A DNA stretch of 64,000 nt. It comes from Chrysomallon squamiferum. Lineage: Eukaryota; Animalia; Mollusca. The notes below the pieces were generated by a model. It saw only the letters and a program-made list of their open reading frames with translations, did not search any database and was not told where the DNA came from. Both the position numbers and the translations under genes were made by a program. The stretch is taken from the NCBI GenBank assembly GCA_012295275.1, contig CM022668.1, forward strand, positions 5,828,001 to 5,892,000. Direction: 5' to 3'. This document shows positions 53,741-64,000 of this stretch, piece after piece; the stretch's first letter is position 1; each line of letters opens with the position of its first letter.

Positions 53741-54984
53741 ATACATACATACATAAACACATACAGACATACACACTTATATATACACACACATACACAT
53801 ACAACATACATACACACACACACAACTCATATACGTATGTAGATACCTCATTACTCATAAAATTATTTATTCCTTTGATTCACATCACTGGTTGTAAATG
53901 AACGAAAGTGGTTTGGTCCAGACATTAATTTGTTTTCTGTAAATTAATGAGAACCTGATCACTTTTCAGTAAAAACTAAATTTATAACAAAGAAAGAATA
54001 GGAATAATCATAAAAGCTTTTATTACAATTGTAGATCTGTAGTTCACAGCAGTAGTTGATGCTGCTGTTGCAGTGGTGGTCGTAGTAGCTGCTGATTTGT
54101 AGTAGTAACGGTACAAGTGAGTATATATGTGTATTTGTTGTGTGTATGTGTTTGTGTGTGCGTGTGTGTGTGTGTGTGTGTGTGAGAGCGTTTCATTTCA
54201 CTAAACTCTGTCAAATTTAGTAAAACTAAAATAAGACTGAAACGAAAAATAATGACTAAATGAATGAATAAATGGATGAATAAATAAAATATTAAAGAAA
54301 GAAAGAAAGAAAGAAAGTATTTTGATAAGGGATAAAAAATACTCAAAAACCAAACAAATAAATATACAAACGAAGAAACAGACATATAATGTAATATAAT
54401 ATAACATAAAATAACAAAAGAAGAAAAGTATCAAAGAAATCAAAAAATAGTTAAAAATACCACTGCCACGCCTAATATTAAACAGGCCGAAAATGACCAA
54501 CACCCACCCACACCCCTCTTCATATACTGACCACTCACCCATACACTTTTACATTCTTTATTTCTTGACCTCTGTTGACAGGGGTCAAATCAACATAGGT
54601 ATATTTCATGAAAAAAACAACAACAAAAAAACATGCTCTGATAAACACACATAGCTACTGTCTAGTTTTTCCTTCTGAGCTTTGCTACACAAAAAAAACC
54701 CTGGATTTTCTCCTATATCTCACTTGTCCACAGGCTCCTCAACATCGGATCTGCACTGAGCCAGGTTTAGTCAGATTTTTACCAATCTCACTTAGATGAT
54801 AACTCCCGTGCCATTGCGTGACGGGTACACGTTACACGCTACGGAATATCTCACGGTTATTGCCGAGAGTAATGTGGCTCAGTTTGTAACGGCAGAAAGT
54901 TCACAGATTGATTTGTTATCAGTTAATTGAGTTCGTCTTTCGTGTGTTGAGTTCTATGCGTTTAGCAGTAAAAGTGTGACCAGA

Positions 54985-55051
<67 letters not shown>

Positions 55052-56308
55052 TCGTAGATTTTAGTGATTTGTCTGCTGTGATAATTTTGTGGAATATTCG
55101 AGTTTAAAAAACCTGGATTTTTGGATTTTTTCAAACTGGAAAGAAAAAAAAAAAAAGAGGATAAAACGCTTGGATTTGTGAATTATTTCTACTGTTAAAA
55201 GAAAAAGAAAGAAAGAAGGAAATTTGGATGTCTATATTACAGAAACGTCCCTAGCCTAAAACGAAATGAATTATCTGTGGATATTTGGCTTCGTTATAGA
55301 GACTTGTGGTAAGATTTTATATTGTTAACCATGTCCATGTTTATAATAATGTAAAAACAGTAAATAAATAAATATAAGTAAAGTAATATTTTATATTTTA
55401 TTTAACTGAAGCACTTTGATAATACTGCTCTTTCACCATTACCTTTTGAATACTACTACTTATACCACTTCTACTACTACTACGACTACTACTACTACTA
55501 AATACTTTCACTACTAGAACTATTACTAGTACTACTGTCACTGTTACTACTAGTACCTCTACTGTTAACACTACAGCCTATATTCGACTACAACGTCTAC
55601 TACTACTGCTTTTACAATAACAACTACAACTACTACAACATCTACTACTGTTAATATTATTACAGGAGTGATATTACGAATAATGTAAATAAATAAATAA
55701 ATGAATGAATAAACAAGTAAGTGAGTAACTAAGTAATTAAGTAAATAGATAAATTAATAAATAAATAAATAAATAAATTACGCAAATAAATTTAAACAAT
55801 CAATCAGTTAATCAAATAATTAAATATATATAACTACATATAGCTATATCTATATCTATCTATAAACATATATATATATATATATACACACACACATATA
55901 TACATATATGTAAAAATATGTCCACAGATCTGCACGGTTCGAGTAGTTTTACAATAACACATTCTTGTTCATTTCTCAGCTGAAACTGGAACAATGGCCA
56001 AATAAGTATTATGTGTCAAGTTTGTACTGTTATTTATTGTACTTACTTATTTTCCCTCAAAGACGTGAATCCCTTTTCACGAAAATTATGTCCGCTGTTT
56101 GTGTCCAACCAATGGTCAGAAGATTCCACAGTCGTTTCCTTAAAAATATTTCATTCACTACAAAGAAGTAGCGGAGTGTGACTTCGTAGTTCGTTCTGGT
56201 TGATTGAACAAGGATATGTCAGGAATATTAGTTTATCTTCTGCAGTAAAAAAAGTAGGTGAAAGTAATAAATTCATAACTAGTGTTCTACCTGTTGTTAG
56301 AGAGAATG

Positions 56309-56401
<93 letters not shown>

Positions 56402-56691
56402 TTTTACGATGTTAAAAGTGAATATCACAGTCATTATTATTATTATTGCGATTATCATTATGATCATAATCATCGTCATCATAATTGTTATCATAATTAT
56501 CATCATCATCATCATCATCATCATTACCATCATTAACATTATTTAATAATGCCATACCACTACTGCCTGCCGCGACGATTGATGAATTTTATTACTACTA
56601 CTACTACTACATCTACTACTACTACTACTACATCTACAACAACTACTACTACTACTACAACTGTTATTATTACTACTACTACTACAAATAT

Positions 56692-56723
<32 letters not shown>

Positions 56724-56873
56724 TTACTACTACTATTACTACTACTACCACTACTAATCTACTACAACTACAACTGCTACTATCATCATCATTATTATTA
56801 TTATTGTTGTCGATGTTGTTGTTTTCTTATCATTGCCATTGTTATTTATGAATTGTTTCCTCTCTTCATACAG

Positions 56874-57058
56874 TTATACAGACGTGTCTCGGTGCTATTT
56901 CTGACTATGCTAGGAATGAAACGGCTCTGAAAGCGAGTCTATTAAACCCTGCGACGTACGACATCCGAGTGAGGCCAGAGGAGAAGATGACGATTCAGAT
57001 ACGTTTTAACATCCTGGCCATTAATGACCTGGTCAGTTTAACACACCGTAACTCTGAA

Positions 57059-57093
<35 letters not shown>

Positions 57094-57257
57094 GTGATTG
57101 ATTGAATCAGTGACAGTATGAAAGAAGGAATTAATTAAAACTGACAGACAGACAGACAGACAGACATAGATAGATAAGTAGGTAGGTAGATAGGTAGATA
57201 GATAGATAGACAGACATACAGACAGACAGACAGACAGATAGATAGATAGATAGATAT

Positions 57258-57295
<38 letters not shown>

Positions 57296-57580
57296 GGATG
57301 GATTGATAGATATATAGACACACTGAAATTAAGATTGATTGCCTGGGTCAAAGAATTAAAAAAATTAATATTCAGGATAATGAAAAACGTTTGTATAAAT
57401 TGAATACTGTTAAGATTAATCGACAATATACAGATCTCAGTCAAATAGCAATAGTTTATATAATTTTGTTTTAATCTATGTAAATGTAATACTATTTATT
57501 ATTGTCGTTCTTGCTCTTATTGTTATTACTATAGTTATTGTTGTTGCTGTTGTTGATGATTTTGTTGTTGTCTTCATCAC

Positions 57581-57644
<64 letters not shown>

Positions 57645-59361
57645 TCCACAGAATATTAAGGGACAACAGCTGAGTACTGCTGGATGGCTGACTTTAGTGA
57701 GTATCATTTTAAAAATGTAACGTTACAGATTAACCAAGAATAACACATTAATTTAAACACGATGAGAGGACTGCCACTCCCATGACATTTCAAACGATAA
57801 TATCTTACATCCATTTAAACATTGCTGGAATACTAAAGTCTAATCCATTAATAGTCTAAACAAAACAGTCTTCATCCATTTAAGGTTTACAGGAGAACTG
57901 GCTCTCCACTGAAAGTCTGAACAAACATAGGCTGCATCCATTTAAACACTATGACAGAACTGCCACGCTAATGCAAATATAAACAAGTATACCGCATCCA
58001 TTTAACCACTATGAGAGAACTGCCACTCTATTAAGACTAAATAAAAATACTCTGCTTTTGTTTAAACATTACGAGACGCCTACAACACTCATGCAAATCT
58101 AAAGAAGTACACAGCATAGATTTAAACACTTTGAGAGGACTGCCACTCTAACGCAAATCTAAACAAGTACACAGCATAGATTTAAACACTTTGAGAGGAC
58201 TGCCACTCTAACGCAAATCTAAACAAGTACACAGCATAGATTTAAACACTTTGAGAGGACTGCCACTCTAATGCAAATCTAAACAAGTACACAGCATACA
58301 TTTAAAACACTTTGAGAGGACTGCCACTTTAATGCAAATCTAAACAAGTACACAGCATACATTTAAACACTTTGAGAGGACTGCCACTTTAACGCAAATC
58401 TAAACAAGTACACAACATACATTTAAACACTTCGAGAGGACTGCCACTTTAATGCAAACCTAAACAGGTACACAGCATACATTTAAACACTTTGAGAGGA
58501 CTGCCACTTTAATGCAAATCTAAACAAGTACACAGCATACATTTAAACACTTCGAGAGGACTGCCACTTTAATGCAAACCTAAACAGGTACACAGCACAC
58601 ATTTAAACACTTCGGGAGGTCTGAGATTCCAATCAGATTTGAATATTCAGACATCAGCGACTCCGCTGGTTTTAATTTTTTGGCAGTTGTAAGATTCCAC
58701 ATTATTATTATTATTTTTTTTTTCACCCAAATATTTACAGATTTATCACGGTGTTTGTGCTGTTGTTAATTTTTATTTTATTATAATTATTAACATTCAG
58801 AGCCACAGAATTTTGTATTATTAAAATTAGTAAATAATAATATGAGCGATATTGTCCAATTTGCGCCCGTGGACTTTCATTTATTTGTTTTATTACAACT
58901 TCTACTTTTTATTTTCATTCTCACTATAATTGTTTTGAATGAGAAGACTGCCACTCAAGTTTATGTTATTGAATTTGTATTCAGAATATGAGAGATGCCA
59001 GCTACATTGTGTCCTTGCTTTTTGTTTAGACGCTTTGTTGTACTAATATACGGAAATTTACTGAAAAACAGTCAAATTAGTTTCTGTTGTTGTTTGTTTT
59101 TATTGTTGTTACAAGAACAGTGATGAGCAGTTCTTGTCGATGAATATTTTACTACTACTGCTACTACTACTACTACTACTACATCTACTACCATCCTTTA
59201 TCATCAAAATTTGCAACAGGTTACAAAAATAAAAATTAGCAACTTTTTATGCTGGACAGCTGTAAAGTAAAAAAAGATAAGAAGGAAAAGATACTTACGA
59301 ATTAAAATATAAAGATTGGGATTATTATTATTATTAAAGTAGTGGTAAATATGCGATAACT

Positions 59362-59406
<45 letters not shown>

Positions 59407-59526
59407 TTGTTGCAGTAGTAATGGTAGCAGTACCAGCAGTAGTAGTATTAATATTAGTAAGAATAATCAGTAAATCAAATACATTCTAGTTATTTATTTA
59501 GTTAGTTTTATCTTCTTCTTCTTCTT

Positions 59527-59557
<31 letters not shown>

Positions 59558-62315
59558 TTATTATTATTAATTATTTTTAAAATTGCTTATATACATAGAG
59601 GCTTCATTTAGATTGTCGAAATGTAGGAAAACAAAACAGATGTAGAGTTAGTATGTTAGAAAATTAGAAGGAATAGAGAGTGATGTTATCATGTTAGATT
59701 ATTTGAGCTAGAAAAGACGACAGAATTAGTATTAAGCCAATTTCAGATAAACGCCTTTATCGGGATTCGATCCGCATTCCTTGCACTCTTTAACCCACCT
59801 GTTTTTAACATATTCCTCGATCAAAAACTACTTTTCACTCTAGCATAGTTTACAATCTCCAGTCACCATTGTATAAATTTATCACTAATCAATACGTGTT
59901 TATTTACCGAAAGTAAAAACAGGAGTAATTATACTTCTTCGTGAAATACCAGGTTTAATTTGACATGGTAATAAAATCTATTTTGTTTTTAACCACCACT
60001 AATGTAGACTTAACAAGTTCCCCGTGTCTGCCTCTGTTTACCCTTTCATTACATTTGATCGTTAATTTCCAGTGAAAAACTTACTCTGTATACCTCGACT
60101 TCGCTTTTCAGTGTATTCCGATCATCAATCTCCTATGTAATCAAAACTGATGGGGAAGTTTTTGTATTTCACGAAAACCTAAATTAGTGCTGTGTTAGGA
60201 GACAATGGAAAAATCGGGTGGTAATTTACTGCATGCCTTAATCGTACACTGAACAAAGAAGGACACGAATATCGTGTTAATGCAGAATTAAATATCGAAC
60301 TACAGATAGAGCTCTACAGTTTGGATTGGGAAAACCAATTTCTGAACACAAATGAATATGGATGTGATGTTTAAAGTGTTGTGATACACTGGGTGTATAT
60401 TCGTAGCCATTTGTAGCTGTATGGTTGAAATTATGGAGCGGAATTTAGCTGACAAGATGGTTATTAGTAAAACTACTGATGAAGAACAGCGGTGTACTGT
60501 CGGTTGCCAGGGCAATTATAGCGCCCCCTAACCCACGGAAGTTTGCTTTCCCAGAGTTCCTTGCACCAGTTCCGGCGGCGAACCCCTTACAATCGAAACA
60601 GACGTATTTTAAGAAAACATTTTGTATAATTAAAGTCAAATGGATTTACTGCCAGTCACAAACTGTGTATTATATAAACACAAAATCTGACTCAACAAAT
60701 AATAATTATAATTGCATAAAGAAAAATTTAGACTGCATTAATAATTTGTGTTAAATGGTCCAGTGCTGTGTAATTTGATTGGTTTCGTGACCTTCAAGCC
60801 CCTTATAAAGGTTAACACCAGAGGGACTCTCGAATCTGCGACGGACACGCCCGCTGACCTGTCAGAAAGCGTGCCCGTCGTAGACGTGCTTCACAACAGC
60901 TTGCTCTGATTAGCACGTTCATTTTTTTCAAGTTCAAGTTCAAGACTCTCGGAATAGTTTTGGCACAAGATAATTGCAGTGCTGCTAAAAACACGCTTGT
61001 GCTGTTACACTGTTGTTTTATTACTACAGAGCAGTAATTTTTACATTAGTTCAGTAAAATATTAAAAACTCGTTATTAGTGGTTATGAAAGTGGGGTTTA
61101 CTTTGTGGAAGAAAGGACACGCTATTTTATTACTAATATATGTGTGTATGTGTGTGTGTGTGTGCGTGTATGTGTGTGTGTATTTATATATGTGTGTGTG
61201 TGTATGTTTATATATATGTATTATTTTTTTTTTTTTTTTTTTTTGCCGCTAAGACTTTTCCCGCCCTATGCAACCGGTCCTATAGCCCCGCCCACGCCAC
61301 GCCCTGCTAAGGAGATTGTATGACAGTAGTTCCAGATATTCTGAAAGCCAAGCTTCCCCCGACACCGCACGATCTCCAAGTCGCCCCCCCATTACCCCCG
61401 ACAGCTTTACAGCGACACAGATTCTTAGCTTGTAAAAGTTTAAAACGTGTCACTAGAAATGTATGACCTTTGTCCTTCACATATTTCACAAAACAAGTCA
61501 AAATTTTATTTCTTAACATACGTATTTTACTTGTCATGGCCGTCGATGTTAATGGGTTCATAAAAATGTATTCTGAACATGTTGTTGTTGTCGTTGTTAA
61601 TATTATATCCAAACTACATTACCTCCCCTGTATATTCAGACAGCCTCCATAATGGGCGAACGCTCCATGTTGGTAAACATAGCTATAAATAGTAACAGTA
61701 TTAAAACAGAAAAATTAATAAAACAAAATAAAATAAATAAAGAAAAGGAAAAGAAAAAGTTTTTTCACAGATGACGGATCATGTGTTTACGGATGACTAA
61801 TCTTACTTTTAATTTTGACGGTTGGGGTGGTGTTTTTTTCATTAATTCGTATATTAATTTATTTTGTTTTTATTTCAGAAGTGGACAGACTCGCGTCTGC
61901 AGTGGTCGCCTGTGGGCAATCCGCTCTATTTCTTCGACACGAATCTCAAAGTCTGGGTGCCCGAGCTAATGGTCGACAACTCGTAAGTTCTTAACAACAC
62001 AGTCTGTCTGTTCTTCTGTGCGTGCGTGTGTGCGTGGTGTGTGGGCATGTGTGCGTGACTGCTTGAGAGTTAAGCGGGATAAGAAAGAATAAATAGTATG
62101 CGGATGAGAATGAAAATGAGAGAGATGATACAACTGTTAATTGTGATTACGATTTTAAGTGTATCTAAGATACGAACAAAAAATATTTACCAAAAAGAAA
62201 AAAATATTTTTCCACAGGTAAATTATTGTTTTATTTCATTTAAGCAGCAGTCTATCATTGTTAATAACAATTTAAGATAAAATAATATTGTTAATGAAGA
62301 AAATAAATAAGTTAA

Positions 62316-62358
<43 letters not shown>

Positions 62359-62439
62359 AAACGACCATACATTGCAATTATCCAAAATATATTTTTATTT
62401 TCAAATCATCTTTGTTTTATTTCTTTAAACATAGATTTT

Positions 62440-62472
<33 letters not shown>

Positions 62473-62477
62473 TTCTT

Positions 62478-62508
<31 letters not shown>

Positions 62509-63293
62509 TTATTATTATTATTTAATATCTAAAGTAGCTTAGAATTTTTCTACAACAACTCGCTGTTCATCATTCAACTTTTTTCTTTTCTACAGAGTTC
62601 TGTCCCTTGGTGTTATTCGTGACGACAACATTATAATGCGCGTGCGCTATGACGGCGAAGTGACGTGGGAACCGACTGGAATATTCTACACGTCTTGTAA
62701 CATAGACATTTCTTTCTACCCTTTCGACAAACAAAGATGTCAGCTGGAAATTACGAGCTGGGCGTACAACATCAATGAACAGAATCTCACTTTTCTAGGA
62801 ACAGGCTTTAATTTGAAGGTGAAAGTTTCAGGAAAAGTGACGTCATAATATATCCATTAATTTTGCAACGAATTAAGAACCCGTGTCGGAGGTTGTCGAA
62901 TATTTTTATGATGAAACTTATTTGTTAAGATGTTGTTGCTGTTGTTGTTGTTGTTGTATCTATAACTGTTACCTGACTATCTGTTCAGATCATAACATTC
63001 TTGTTGTCGTCTGTGACGTCCTTGCCTTCTTCTTCTTCTTCTTCTTTTTGTTGCCGTCCTTTACATTTTTTAAAATTATTTTGTTGTTTTGTTGTTGTTT
63101 TCTCATCATCATCATCATCATCATTATGTTATCATAATATCTTAAGTACCATCATTATATTTATCATCATCGTCATTATTCCCATTCTTCTTCTTATTAT
63201 TATTACTGTTGTTATTATTATTATTTTTAGTAGTAGTAGTAGTAGTATCATCATTATTATCATTATTAATATTATTATTATTATTATTATCGC

Positions 63294-63347
<54 letters not shown>

Positions 63348-63786
63348 TACAATTATTATTATTATTATTACTATTATTACTATTATTATTATTATTACTA
63401 TTATTATTATTACTATTATTATTACTATTACTATTACTATTATTACTATTACTATTATTGTTGTTGTTACTAACAGGACTACAGAGTGAACGGGGAGTGG
63501 AATCTCGTCTCTACTAGCACGGCTCACAGTCTGATAACGGAACAAGGCGAAGTGTTTCCCCAGCTCGACTTCGTCCTCACCACCCACCGTAGATCCACCT
63601 ACTACATCCTCAACATCATCCTGCCCATAGCTCTGACGTCAGTCCTCAGCGTCGTGGTCTTCATCCTGCCGTTCGAGTGCGGAGAGAAGGTGTCCTACGC
63701 GCTCACTGTCCTACTGTCCTACGCCGTACTGCTCACCATTGTTGCTGCTGAAATGCCGCCGATCTCCAACAATGTGTCGATTCTTG
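56874..63786 (+). CDS. Cys-loop ligand-gated ion channel, nicotinic acetylcholine receptor-like non-alpha subunit (partial); exons 56874-57031, 57652-57696, 61879-61982, 62596-62818, 63477-63786
   Basis: YDIRVRP; 45-nt exon [15 protein letters not shown]; KWTDSRLQW...[11 protein letters not shown]; Cys-loop [15 protein letters not shown]; SWAY; NGEW; pre-M1 [13 protein letters not shown]; M2 [21 protein letters not shown]. All splice phases are compatible. Start exon not resolved; M3-M4 lie beyond the window. Confidence 0.92.
57750..58620. repeat. 60-bp tandem minisatellite (about 15 units) in an nAChR-like gene intron
   Basis: Unit tttaaacactttgagaggactgccact(c/t)taa(c/t)gcaaatctaaacaagtacacagcata(g/c)a. 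Near-identical copies at about 58090-58620, degenerate copies at 57750-58090. Confidence 0.92.
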
Positions 63787-64000
63787 GTGAGTTTGTATGA
63801 GTCCGTCTGTGCGTGCTTGTGTCTGTGTATGTGTAGATGTGTGCGTGTATTTGTGTATGTTTTTGGATGGGTGTATGTTTGTGTCTATATATATATATAT
63901 ATATGTTTCATAGCACGGATGTGTATCTGTGTATATGTATATGTGCGTGTGTGATATTCTCTTTATATATATGTGTTTTTTATAGCGAATAAGTGATATA

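Noticed and set aside
57750-58620. 60-bp periodic array (and the 38-41-bp array at 12.8-13.2 kb) as CRISPR
   Set aside because: Whole units repeat with no unique spacers, there are no cas genes, and the context is a eukaryotic intron.

Overview
AT-rich, microsatellite-dense animal genomic DNA with spliceosomal GT-AG introns. Gene content and style suggest a lophotrochozoan, probably a mollusc (inference only). Five protein-coding genes were assembled by hand. (1) The 3' part of a single-pass membrane protein with a cytoplasmic WD40 propeller (<1-3782, +), with two frameshifts in G-runs. (2) An Sp6-9 (Sp8/Sp9-class) zinc-finger transcription factor (18567-11513, -). Its main splice acceptor has been amplified into an 8-copy minisatellite, and an ~18-kb exon-free region with CpG-rich islands lies upstream. 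(3) A secreted single-domain TIMP (44545-46454, +). (4) An intron-containing, catalytically degenerate hAT-transposase-derived ZNF862-like gene (51506-47118, -). (5) A divergent non-alpha Cys-loop/nAChR-like subunit (56874->63786, +; 5' exon unresolved, 3' end beyond the window). A decayed 4-exon TIMP paralogue (about 40020-42190) lies between two ~480-bp, ~98%-identical inverted repeats. Most entries in the ORF track are microsatellite artefacts. No rRNA, intact tRNA or CRISPR array was seen.
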